This document shows, piece by piece, positions 44,027 to 55,147 of a stretch of 64,000 nucleotides of DNA. The notes below the pieces were generated by a model. That model did not search any database and was not told where the DNA came from. It was given only the letters and a program-made list of their open reading frames with translations. The position numbers were made by a program, and so were the translations under genes. Source of the DNA: Rhodospirillales bacterium (GTDB taxonomy: Bacteria; Pseudomonadota; Alphaproteobacteria; Bin95); assembly GCA_038143065.1 (NCBI GenBank), contig JAYQLI010000035.1, positions 896,001-960,000 on the forward strand, read 5' to 3'. Each line of letters starts with the position of its first letter. The stretch's first letter is position 1.

Positions 44027-45639
44027 TCATGAAAATTTAAATTCTTTGTATCCTCCAGCAGCAACTTTAGCCGCCTTCTTGCGATATCGTGGAGCACCTC
44101 CGTTGTACCCTAACGGGCGCGGCACACTCTTTCCCTCAACATTTCGGTTTACTCCAGTTTGCCAACTTGGGACTTTTGAAGACAAAAGCAAAGCATCAAC
44201 CTCAAGAACTTCTTGCGTATAGGCTTCAACTGGTCCTGGCCGAGGCTCGCAGCGTTCATGACCTTGGTCCCGCATAAATTTTATTAGTCCAACAACCCAG
44301 TCAGAGATTTCTTCAATATTGCGCGGAATATTTCCTCGCGCCGTATGAGGTCAAGGACCATGAAAAGATTTGGGAAACCTTCTGCCTGCACTCCTAAAAA
44401 TGTCCTGGGCAATACTTTCCAATCATCAATAAGCTTGCGACCATTTGGACCACAAAAATCTATTCGATCATATGGACCAGCAACGCCATCAAATCCTGTA
44501 GCGTAAATTAGAATATCAAAATCAAATTCTCGATTTGATGTTTTCACCCCTGATCTTGTTATCTCTTCTATTGGCTCCTCTAATACTGAGACGAGCTCAA
44601 CATTGTCTCTGTTGTAAGTCTCGAAATAACCACTCTCTAAAGGTAGACGTCTTGTCCCAAAGCCGTGGTTTTTGGGTATTAAACGCTCTGCAACAATCGG
44701 GTCATTAACGCGTTGACGGACTTTGTTCGCAGCCCATTCGGTCATCAACGCGTTTGCTTTCTCATCTGTAAGAATATCTCGAAAGTTCCCAAGCCAGATA
44801 CCAAAGCCTGGAGATGCATAAAGCTTTTCCCAATGCTCAAGCCGTTCTTCTTCAGTTACCTCAAATGTGCCACGCGGATCCGGATTATGAATAAAATAAG
44901 CAATTGTTTCGCGGCAAGAAGCATAAATTTCATGATATCTGGTTTTGATTTCTTCCATCTCTTCTTTAGAGATTTTTTGCATTATGGAGAGGCGCTGCCC
45001 AATTTGGCGTTCTTTGAAATACTGTTAGCTGCCCTGCCTCTTTTGCAATTTCTGGAATAGCTTGGATGGCAGAAGCACCGGTTCCAATAATGCCTACACT
45101 TTTTCCCTTCAGATCAACACCTTCCTTAGGCCAACGGGCAGTATGTACGGCCTGTCCTTCGTACTCATCACGACCCTTAATGTCTGGGAGGGTATGCGCT
45201 GAAAGTGGCCCCAATCCAGTAACCAAAATAGGCGCAGAAAATTTACGACCATCTCGAAGGGCTATAGTCCACATTGTAGTAGCATCATCAAAATGGGCCG
45301 CAATTACCTCAGCGTTAAATGTCATGTCACGCGGAGGTCGAATTTGTCAGCAACATACTGCAAATATTTCAAAGTGTGGGGTTGAGGTGAATAATTCTCT
45401 GTCCAGTCCCACTCCTGAAGTAATTCCTCAGAGAAGGTGTACCCATAAGTCCAGCTTTCACTGTCAAACCGTGCACCTGGATAGCGGTTCCAATACCAAG
45501 TGCCGCCAACATCAGATCCATTTTCGAAAGCGCGCACCTTCATGCCTAGCGAACGCAGCCGATGGACCATAAACATACCCGAAATGCCACCACCTATAAT
45601 GATGGCCTCAAAATCCTGGGTAATTGAGGAATTTGACAC
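44027..45639 (-). CDS. Baeyer-Villiger monooxygenase (several frameshifts)
   Basis: GGGISG, GGTWYWNRYPGARFD, YEGQAVHTARW fingerprint, GTGASAIQ, FQRTPNW, ATGFD. Confidence 0.92.
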
Positions 45640-45790
45640 TCAATTTTCTCCTACACCCTTAGAACTGCATCGTAAGCAGATAAAACCTGGATCCATGGTA
45701 GAAGTTATACTCCACACCCTGGTTTTAATATCAACAAGAGCTAACATAGAGTAGGTAAAGACTCTTTTTTAGACTTACGCAGGTAAAACT

Positions 45791-47645
45791 ATGTCAGCCA
45801 TCACTAATGATCCAAAGACTGGTCGTAAGCGCTTCAATACGCGCGCTGCAAAAGCGACTGAAAAAATAACCGGCAAGGGTTATTCCGCGATTGAAGATGA
45901 AAAACTAAAAACTCTTCCACCCCCTCCACCCGGCGCAAAATTCTCTGCCGAAGAACAAGAAAAATACAAGGCCTTTAAAGAAGCTCGCCAAGGTGCAGCT
46001 GACTACATGCGGATGGAAGGTGATTTTGCACATTACCTAGAGGGATGTTTACTCTCCACCGCTCCAGTACCTCGGGAGTCTCTTACGGACGAATGTGAGG
46101 TAGTCATAGTTGGTGCCGGATTTGCTGCTCTCTTACTTTGGTACAAACTATCAAAAGCCGGCATAACAGACATACGCTTTTGCGAAAAAGGCGGAGATGT
46201 GGGCGGTACTTGGTATTGGAATCGTTACCCTGGCATAGCGTGTGATGTCGAAAGTTATTCGTATCTGCCTTTGCTAGAAGAGATGGGCTACATCCCTTCT
46301 ATGAAGTTCGCATCTGGATTTGAAATCCTCGAATATTGCCAGATGATTGCAAATAAGACCGGTTTCTATAACCAGTGTCTTTTCCACACAACCGTGGAGG
46401 ATACCATTTGGGATGAAGGCTCAAGACGCTGGACTATAAAAACTGACCGCGGTGATGCGATGAAAGCGCGTCACCTCATTCTAGCGAATGGTATCCTTAC
46501 GACTCCTCGCCTTGCGCGTATTGATGGCATGGAAACCTTTAAAGGTGAAAGTTTCCATACCTCCAGATGGAATTATCACGTAGATCTCGAAGGAAAACGT
46601 GTTGGAATAATTGGAACTGGTGCAACTGCTGTCCAAGCGGTTCCTGAACTCTCTAAAATTGCCAGTGAGTTGTTTGTCTTCCAGCGCACTCCATCCTCAG
46701 TTGATGTTCGTGACCAACGGGCAACAACCGATGAGGAACGCGCGCAATGGGCCAATGAGAAAGACTGGTCAAAAAAACGACGTGATCGATTGGCAATGAT
46801 TGATTCAGGTCGTGTCGCCCTCCAAGGCAACGATGCTTTCCTCTCTGGTAAAGAAAAAGATTACAAGGTCAGAAAAACTCATACAGGGACGCTATCAGCC
46901 GAAGAGCGCATTCAGGCCCAGCTAAATACTAACTTCCGAATAATGGAGCAGATCAGAGCTCGCGTTGATAGCGTAGTTGATGATCCCGCAACTGCAGAAT
47001 CCCTGAAGGCTTTTTATCCTTATGGATGTAAGCGCCCAACATTTCATGATGAATTTCTCCCCGCCTTCAATAAAGAACATGTCCATTTAGTCGATTGCGC
47101 TCCTCACGGGGTTAAGCAAATAAATGAAGTTGGCGTGGTTCATGATGGAAAAGAGTATCCACTGGACGTATTGATTTACGCTACTGGCTTTGAGTGGATG
47201 GCAAAATCTACCTTCGCTTCTATTGTTGGGCGCGGTGGTCGTAGCCTCAATGAAAAATGGGATACCGAGGGGGTTAAAACCTTCTTGGGCATCCATTCCG
47301 AAGGTTTTCAAATTTGTTTATTCTATCTGGCCCCAAGGCGGTGGTGGTCAATTTAACTTCATTCGCGGTATCGAGAGCCATACTGACTATGTCACCTGGC
47401 TTCTAACAAAAATGCGCGACAACGGGCAAAACCTAATCGATATAAAATCAGACCCAGAAAATGCGTATGCCCAACATTGCGCGGAAGCAGATCTGTTAAC
47501 TCGCCCTCTTCGCGACTGCTTGAGTTACTACAATGGAGAAGGTGCAGCAGCACCAGGAAGCCTTGCATACTATGGCGGACCAAAGAAGTGGCATGAGTTA
47601 AGGAGTGAAGCTCAAGAAACTCTTGCACCTTATATCTTCGCCTGA
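45791..47645 (+). CDS. Baeyer-Villiger monooxygenase with N-terminal extension (frameshift near 47305)
   Basis: GAGFAA, GGTWYWNRYPGIACDVESY, FKGESFHTSRW fingerprint, CKRPTFHD, YYNGEG. Confidence 0.92.
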
Positions 47646-47667
47646 CGCATTTACGCCAGGCGAAGAT
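47634..47667. terminator. Hairpin between convergent genes
   Basis: ATCTTCGCCTG-12 nt-CAGGCGAAGAT, a perfect 11-bp inverted repeat over the BVMO stop; weak T tail. Confidence 0.5.
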
Positions 47668-47745
47668 TTCACAGCATTAAATTCCGCTAACGGCTCAATG
47701 CTGGCAGCTTACATCGTTTATTCAAATTATAGAGAGAAAACGCTA

Positions 47746-49182
47746 TCAGCCAGCTAAGGATAAGGCGCGAGCCAGAGGCCAAAGTTCTTCTGCCATTTCA
47801 AGGTTCATAACTTCGTCATAGACTCGTTGTGCCTTTGACTTCGACACAGCGCGGGTCGCGTTAGCCCAAAATTTTTCAGCTATATCATCACTCGACAGTG
47901 GGTTAGCATCGGAGCCACGATTAACGGCTTCACGGTGCTCAATTGTGCGCCCATCTTTTGTGCGAGCAATCAGTTTACCGGAGTAGTACCTTGGAAAAGC
48001 TGTATCGGGATCATCTTGCCAATCGACTTTCGCAGCAATTGCTAAAGCTTTCTCATCGTTGATGGCGTCAGCATCCAGCTCATCTAGAGTGAATCGACCG
48101 CGCGTTAGGCTAGTAGCCACAATATAAGGAATTGAAAATTGCGCATCGTATGCATTTTGTGGTCTTCGCTTCTGAACAAGGGGTTCACAAACCACAGCAG
48201 CCTGGGTGGGATGAATAAAGGCAGTAACACTGTCGACATTATCCGCAGTTAAGCCTTGGCTCATAAGTGCGAGCGTCGCATCTGCAAAAGCATGATTAAA
48301 GTGGCAGGCCGGATAAGGTTTAAAACCAACATTCTCTAATTCCCACATTTCACCCAGACCTGCGGTACACATTGCAAGATTTGCTGAATTTTCCTGGCCA
48401 AGATAGAGATTGAAGAGGCCATAACGTCCTTCATACGCCTGGCTAGGCCCTTTAAATCCCTCTTTTGCAAGAGCAGCAGCAGTGATTGCTGAGGTCGCCG
48501 CCCAACCTGGGTGCATCCTCTTAGTCCAGGCTCCATCAGATAAGAATTCGAGATTTCCAGAAGACTGAGACAAAGCAATTCCCTGAGCATCTTCCATTTG
48601 CTTCGGCGTAAGATGTCCAAGTTTTGCGGCAGACAGCGCGGCACCGAAAACACCTACCAAACCAGTCGGGTGATAGCCACGAGAGTGAAAACCACCCTGA
48701 GCGGCTGCACCAATACGCGCCGAAACCTCAACTCCGATGAGGTATGCAGCCATCATTTCTGATCCGCTTGCGTCATGCCGCAAGCCCTGAGCAAAGGCGG
48801 CGGCAAGAGCAGACGCACTCGCGTGGATCACTCCATCGGTATGAGTATCGTCAAAATCTAAACCGTGAATAAGTGTTCCGTTCAATAAAGCTTGATCGCG
48901 TACAGGCAATGCCATGTCAAAGCCGATTACTGGATAGCCTCCATCACCGCCCAATGCTCTAAGAGCATTAGCTGCACGTTGGCCAAATTCAAATGTTGTT
49001 GATGCCAGTGCAATTCCAAAACAATCCAGGATATGCAGTTTAGCTCGTTCCACTACATGGCTTGGAGCCTCGTCAAGGCTAAAGTCAGCTGCAAACGCCG
49101 CCAGCGAGGCAGAAATAGTTGAATGGCCTTCAAGAATACTTGATGATGAAGGAAGCTGTTCTGGCTTTGAGATAATGTTCAT
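47746..49182 (-). CDS. MmgE/PrpD family protein
   Basis: ALLNG.LIHGLDFDDTH, GYHPTG, KRMHPGWAA, KPYPACHF.H, AQFSIPY. Confidence 0.92.
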   Translation of the reverse strand: MNIISKPEQLPSSSSILEGHSTISASLAAFAADFSLDEAPSHVVERAKLHILDCFGIALASTTFEFGQRAANALRALGGDGGYPVIGFDMALPVRDQALLNGTLIHGLDFDDTHTDGVIHASASALAAAFAQGLRHDASGSEMMAAYLIGVEVSARIGAAAQGGFHSRGYHPTGLVGVFGAALSAAKLGHLTPKQMEDAQGIALSQSSGNLEFLSDGAWTKRMHPGWAATSAITAAALAKEGFKGPSQAYEGRYGLFNLYLGQENSANLAMCTAGLGEMWELENVGFKPYPACHFNHAFADATLALMSQGLTADNVDSVTAFIHPTQAAVVCEPLVQKRRPQNAYDAQFSIPYIVATSLTRGRFTLDELDADAINDEKALAIAAKVDWQDDPDTAFPRYYSGKLIARTKDGRTIEHREAVNRGSDANPLSSDDIAEKFWANATRAVSKSKAQRVYDEVMNLEMAEELWPLARALSLAG

Positions 49183-49321
49183 AGATCGGACCTTTATTCA
49201 GCTGAAACTTGAAACCAGACCTCTCCGTCTCTCGAGAGAAAAAAATGCAAAAGTATCAAATATGATTCTACTCTATCATGACCAAACCTTCCCTGGCTAA
49301 TTCGCAAGGTTCTCAATTAAG

Positions 49322-50191
49322 TCAGATATTGGAGCTTACGGCCTCGGCTATGGCTAGCCTGCGCTTTGCTTTTTCATAGATGGGATAATCAATAAAATAA
49401 CCATCAACTTGGATAGATGCAGAACCTGCTGCCTCAGCGGATTGAAAAGCATCTATGACCCTACGTGCATAAGCTACTTCTAAATCGTCAGGCGTGAACG
49501 CTGCGTTAGCAGTTGGTACCTGGCTTGGATGAATACACAATTTTCCTTGAAAACCAAGGTCTCGAGCTCTCTCTGCTGAAGCCTGAAAAGCTTCACTTTC
49601 ATTCAAATGAATAAAAACAGTATCGATCGGAGGTTCAATCCCTGCAGCCCTACTCTCCATTACGCAAGTAGCGCGAGCAAACTCAAGTTCCGTCTCACCT
49701 AAACTCCAGTTGATACCAAGATCAAGCGTGTAGTCACCCGCACCAAAAGCAACTCGCCTTACTCGTGAACTGGCCCCAACAATATTCCCAATTTCTTTAT
49801 GCCCTCTAGCTGTTTCAATTATGGGGATCAGGTCAATTTCCCATTCGGAAGCTTATTTTCACGCTCAAGTTGAGCAATTTAGCCAATCAGCTGTTTTGAT
49901 TTGATCCGCATACTCGACTTTTGGCAAAACAATGCCATCCAACCAAGGACCGATAACCTCAGTTAAATCACCAAAACAATGAGGCGTCTCCATACTATTA
50001 ATGCGAACATAGCCCAAACATCGACGCGAACGTTTTAAAGCTTCAACAACGATTGCACGTGTAGCAGGCTTCTCCGCCTCAGCTACAGCATCTTCCAAGT
50101 CGAGGATTACCGCGTCAGCCCCGGCATCAAACACTTTTGCAACTTTGCGCTCATGATCTCCTGGCGCAAACAACATTGTTCTAAGTGGCAT
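49322..50191 (-). CDS. CitE/HpcH-HpaI family CoA-ester lyase (frameshifted)
   Basis: RTMLFAPG, DAVILDLEDAV, YVRIN, LPKVE, GFQGKLCIHPSQV, VDGYFIDYP. Confidence 0.9.
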
Positions 50192-50342
50192 CGACCGCTC
50201 CTAATAGACTTAGACCGGGATGATCATTAACGAACACACAGGACCGTGCAACTGATGATTTGCCAATGGTTTTTGAAACCTCATAATGCAATCACGGTTG
50301 AGCATTAATTGTGAAATTCGGAAAGCAGCATTGGAGGTTTTC

Positions 50343-51201
50343 ATGACAGAGCCATATTCCTGGATTGATGGAGAATGGATATCCGGAAACCCGCCTATAA
50401 TTGGGCCTTTAACTAACGCTGCATGGATGGCCACCGTAGTTTTTGATGGTGCTCGTGCTTATGACGGTCTCGCCCCTGATCTCGACCTTCATGCCGAAAG
50501 ATGTATTGCTTCGGCTCACGCTCTTGGCCTTGAGCCGCAGGTAACGGCAAAAGAAATACAACGTCTTGCGGTAGATGGCCTCTCACATTTCGCTTCAGGT
50601 ACAGCAGTCTATATCCGCCCGATGTTCTACGGTGACGAAAGGATGGTTGATCCCTACGACAACTAAATTCTGCCTCACGCTATTTGAACTCCCAATGAAT
50701 GCACCAGATAAAGGGTTATCGATCTGCAGGACCACCCGAGTTAGGCCAACACCGCTTGCAGCTCCAACCGACGCCAAAGCTGCGTGTCTTTATCCAAATG
50801 CTCACCGTATGCTCAAAGAAGCTATGAGCCTAGGTTTTGACGCTGCTGTAGTTGGGGATGCAAACGGGAACGTCGCTGAACTAACAACTTCGAATATATT
50901 TCTAGTTAAGGACGACGTCGTATCAACACCTGTACCAAACGGCACATTCCTGAATGGAATTACACGTCAAAGAACCATCAAACTTTTATCGGAAGCTGGA
51001 ATAAAAGTTGAAGAACGTACGATAGATTTTTCTGAATTAGACACTGCAGACGAACTTTTCTCGACTGGAAATGCCAACAAAATTCAACCAATTTCGCGTT
51101 ATGAACAGCGTTCATTTCAGCTAGGGCCGACAGCGCTTAAAGCCCAAAAGTTATATCGCGACTATGCAGAGACTCACGGGAAATTGGCGAATTTTTGCTA
51201 G
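50343..51201 (+). CDS. Class IV (branched-chain amino acid-like) aminotransferase (frameshift near 50640)
   Basis: VFDGARA, PDLDLH..R, YIRPMFY, AKAACLYPN, E...SNIF, TP.PNGTFLNGITRQR. Confidence 0.9.
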
Positions 51202-51246
51202 AAGTCAGACTAGAAAAACTATCATACAACGACGAACGGACAATTA

Positions 51247-52384
51247 TCAGACGCAGTATGTTTTGAGTGGTGGCAGCCATTAAAAGCGACCGAACAGTAG
51301 GTCGATGTGTATGCTCCAGCAGATAAAAAGTCGACCGTATCGCCTGGCTTAAGATCGTCTGGAAGGTTGTAAGCTGTCTCTTGATAAAGCACATCCACTT
51401 CATCACAAGTCGGTCCAGCAATAATCACCCTACTGGTATCGCCTTGCCCGTCTTTTGATGTGCGAATTCTATACTTTATCGCTTCGTCCATAGTCTCAAT
51501 GAGGCCACCAAATTTGCCAACGTCAAGATAGACCCAGCGTGGCCCATCTTCCATTTTATGAGACACGAGAACTACTTCACTGCGGATCATTCCAGCATCC
51601 GCAACTAAACTGCGGCCAGGCTCTATAAAGGACCTCCAGAGACGATTTCCAAAATGCTTATGCAGTGCAGTAGAGTCAATGCAGAAGCATGTTCTTCATG
51701 AGATGCGGCTTCTGTTAAATAATGGCCAGGCAACCCTCCGCCTACATTAAGCAGACGAAGATTCACGCCACGCTCGCGTAAGCTTGTGAATAACATTGCT
51801 GCCTTACCAACAGCTACATCCCATTCACCTACATCGCGCTGCTGAGAACCCACGTGAAAAGAGAGACCATATGGATCAAGACCCATTTGCCCAGCACTAA
51901 CAAGCAGTTCTTCTGCCATGGCTAAAGAGCAGCCGAACTTGCCTCCCAATGGCCAGTCTGCTGTCTTGGACTTTTCAAAACGAAGTCGGCAGTAAACTCT
52001 AGCTCCCGGAGCCGCGACTGCTAGTTTCTCAAGTTCACCCTGGCTATCAAATGCAAAAAGGCGAACACCAAGAGCATACGCCATGGCTATATCGCTCTGC
52101 TTCTTTACAGTGTTACCAAAGGAGATGCGGCTTGCAGGCGCACCTGCAGCTAGCGCTTCTCGAATTTCATAAATTGACGCTGTGTCAAAGCTAGAACCCA
52201 TCTCAGCCAGCATGCTCATTATCTGAGGAGCCGGGTTGGCTTTCATAGCGTAAAAGATGCGAGCCTGGGGCAGAGAACGTGCCAAGGCATGGTAATTTTC
52301 TCTGACCATGTCTAAGTCGATAACAAGGCATGGAGTAGCAGGACGCTGGTCAGCAAGAAATGTTTCTATGCGCGGTGTCAGCAA
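51247..52384 (-). CDS. Fold-type III PLP ornithine/lysine decarboxylase (frameshifted)
   Basis: FYAMKANP, FD.AS, KFGC, SFHVGSQ, NVGGG, EPGR, AGPTCD..D, GAYT. The corrected tail is FNGLPPLKTYCV*. Confidence 0.92.
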
Positions 52385-52520
52385 TATCCCTAAAGCAAGA
52401 GGTAGAACGACGGACGAAGTCGGGCGTGGACCCCGAACCGGCTGCCGCCCCGCCGCCGGTCCCGCGGTGGAGGCGGGGTCCAGCCTGCAAACGCGCTTTG
52501 GGGCGTGCGTTTCAGATTAG
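52385..52520 (-). ncRNA. Structured 5' leader of ornithine decarboxylase (speF-leader-like cis element)
   Basis: Very GC-rich segment with nested helices TGGACCCCG/CGGGGTCCA and ACCGGC/GCCGGT plus a 5' hairpin, lying between the predicted promoter and the start codon. Confidence 0.55.
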
Positions 52521-52527
52521 GATGCGC

Positions 52528-52556
52528 GGTATATTAGGTTCTTCTAACAAACGCAA
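52528..52556 (-). promoter_or_regulatory. Putative sigma70 promoter for the decarboxylase leader
   Basis: TTGCGT-17 nt-TATACC on the minus strand. Confidence 0.5.
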
Positions 52557-52572
52557 CTGTTTCAGATTATTT

Positions 52573-53556
52573 TTATTGCGCCCGAACGACACACTGCTCA
52601 ATATCACCAAAAGGCATTGAACCTGTGTGAGTTTGATAAGCAATTCGCACCCTGTCGTTAAACTTCAGAAATGGGGTTCTAGGCTGCCCTCTTCAATGAT
52701 TTCAATCATTCGTGCCTCTGCGATGCAAGAAGAGCCCACAGAACGATTTCGATTAGAAACTGTACCTGATCCAATGACTGTGCCTGCAGAGCCTTCGAGT
52801 ACGAGCAGCATGAGCAATCAATCGGGGAAACTCGAAGTTCATATCTATCCCGGCATCCGGTCGACCAAATTCTTGACCGTTGATTTCACACACCATTGGG
52901 CCAATCAATTTTCCACCATCCCATGCATCCCCGAGTGCATCAGGTGTAACAACAACAGGAGCAAAAGCACTAGCGGGCTTACCTTGATAGAAGCCAAACC
53001 CCTTCGATAATTCCCCTGGAATTATGTTCCTAAGAGATACATCGTTCACAATGGTAATAAGCTTAATATGTTTACCAGCCTCAGCCTCTGTTACGCCCAT
53101 GGGCACATCATCCAGGACAACTGCCACTTCAGCTTCAAAATCAATTCCCCATTCATCATCGTTGAAATCAATCGGATCTCTACATCCTTTAAAGTCATCT
53201 GAGCCGCCCTGATACATAAGTGGCTCTTCTAAAAACGTAGTTGGCATTTCAGCGCCCCTCGCTCGGCGAACAAGCTCCATATGATTGAGATAAACACTCC
53301 CATCAGACCAATTAAAACATCTTGGTAAAGGCGCTGTTAGGCGAGAAAAATCTTCTAATTTGAATCCATCCTTTAGTTTACCCAGACCCAAAGCATCCGA
53401 GGCCCGAATAAGCTCTGGCTCTATTGCAGCCCAATTATCTAGTGCTGACTGCAGTGTTGGAGCGATTTGCGGCACACGAACAGCATTTCGTAAATCATCA
53501 GACACAATTACTAGAACGCCGTCTCGGCCCTCTTTTAGAGATGCTAATTTCATCAA
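52573..53556 (-). CDS. Fumarylacetoacetate hydrolase family protein (frameshifted)
   Basis: MKLASLK.GRDG.L, DGS.YLNH.ELVRRARGA, IDFEAEVAV, NDVSLRN, KPASAF.P. The shifted tail GSGTVSN...FG.IEQ.V ends at 52573. Confidence 0.9.
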
Positions 53557-53760
53557 TTAAATCCAGTTTTTTCAGTCTTCATACTGCCACGTGTGGAGCT
53601 AAATAAATATCCAAATTTTAAATCCTAGTATTTAATAGAATTTTTTCATATAATTTTTCCAGTGGGTTAAAACTAATCCATAATAATGAAAAATTTTTCC
53701 TTAATTATATTTTTGAGGAATTAATTTTGAAATATTTGTAAATAATTGGAGTAATTTATA

Positions 53761-54783
53761 TTGCGTTTAATTAAAGAAGCTGAAGAAATAAGTGAAATTG
53801 CATTTGGATTCATGGCGTCAAAAGCCCTTTTTGCAGCCCTTCATGTTGGTATATTTACTAAATTATCTGAACGACCACGTTACGCTTCCGAATTAGCGGA
53901 TGAAGTAGGTGTCCCCGTAAACCGCATACAGACCCTTCTAACAGCGCTAACTGCCCTAGGCCTTGTATCGAGCCAAGGTGGGCTATTCGAAAATTCACCT
54001 GGAGCCGAAGCCTTCCTTGTTGAAGGAGCAAAATATGATTTTGGTAATTATCTAAGACTGCAGATAGACCGCCAGATGTTTCCAATTATGACCGGCCTCG
54101 AAGCAGTTGTAACTGGAGAAAGCGCAACATCGCCGGTTATTGAGTCCTATGCTGATTGGTTCTCAGACCCAGAGGAAGCACGACTTTATAGTGAGAGCCA
54201 GCATGCTGGATCGCTTGGTCCAGGCCGCAGTGTTGCCCGTTTATTGGATTTATCAAAAGCAGAAAAGCTAATGGATGTGGGCGGTGGCACCGGAGCATTT
54301 GCCATACGTCTTTGCGAAACTAACCCAAAACTTACCGCCACTGTCCTCGACTTCCCTAATGTAGTGAAGCTTGGCGAGGAATACGTTGAAGAAGCCGGAT
54401 TATCTGACCGGATTTCTTTCATAGCAGGCAATGCTTTGGAAGATGAATGGCCAGACGGTCAGGACATTGTATTGATGTCATACTTGTTCAACGGTGTGCC
54501 AGGGGATGCAATTCCAGATTTAACACGACGTGCTTTTTCTAGCTTAAGGAACGGTGGGCATTTTTTTGGTACATGATTTTATTGTTGACGATGATCGAAG
54601 TGGCCCTCCTCTTGCCGCCCTGTGGCAACTGCAGCATCTAGCTTTCACTCCAGCAGCAAAATCGCTAACGCCGACATGGATCGCGGGTATGATGGAGGAG
54701 TAGGATTTACAGAGGTTAAAACGCACTCGTTAATCCCTGGAATGACACGCCTTATGCATGGTCGAAAATTCACAACCACATAG
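53761..54783 (+). CDS. dsyB: DsyB-like MTHB S-methyltransferase, DMSP biosynthesis (indels near 54565 and 54700)
   Basis: AEEISEIAFGFMASKALFAAL, YDFG.YLRLQ.DRQM, SYADWFSDPEEARLYS.SQHAGSLGP, DVGGGTGAF, LMSYLF.GVPG, HDF.V..DRSGP.LAALWQLQH.AFTP match my recollection of alphaproteobacterial DsyB. Confidence 0.85.
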
Positions 54784-54880
54784 AAGTGTGATTGACCATT
54801 GCCGATTTTTTTTTGGCTTCTATTGTTAGAATTCGCATCGGCTTTTAACGCCTTGGAAAATAACTGAGGACTCTCTCTCC

Positions 54881-55147
54881 ATGACAGTCAAAGTGGAAAT
54901 CTACTCAAGTATGTGGTGCCCATTCTGCTTTCGGGCCAAAAAATTGCTTCAGTCTAAAGGCGTGGACTTTATAGAAATTGATGTGGATGGTGACCCGAAG
55001 GTCCGTGAGCTGATGAGAGAGCGCGCGGAGGGCCGGCACACCGTACCCCAGATCTTCATTGATGATGTTGGTATTGGAGGCTCTGACGATCTTGCTCAAT
55101 TAGATCAATCTGGCAAATTAGACAGCATGTTGGCAGGCGCAGAATGA
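54881..55147 (+). CDS. grxC: Glutaredoxin 3
   Basis: CPFC, TVPQIFI, GGSDDL. Confidence 0.95.
   Translation: MTVKVEIYSSMWCPFCFRAKKLLQSKGVDFIEIDVDGDPKVRELMRERAEGRHTVPQIFIDDVGIGGSDDLAQLDQSGKLDSMLAGAE

Noticed and set aside
43965-44030. Integrative element at the tRNA-Met 3' end
   Set aside because: No integrase and no duplicated tRNA 3' end (att site) found by eye in the window.
52308-53010. + strand ORFs 52308-52520, 52360-52620 and 52627-53010
   Set aside because: Shadows of the GC-rich leader and of the minus-strand FAH gene.
54701-54703. TAG near the end of dsyB as a pyrrolysine or readthrough site
   Set aside because: The homologous-looking C-terminus continues in a different frame, so this is an indel and not recoding.
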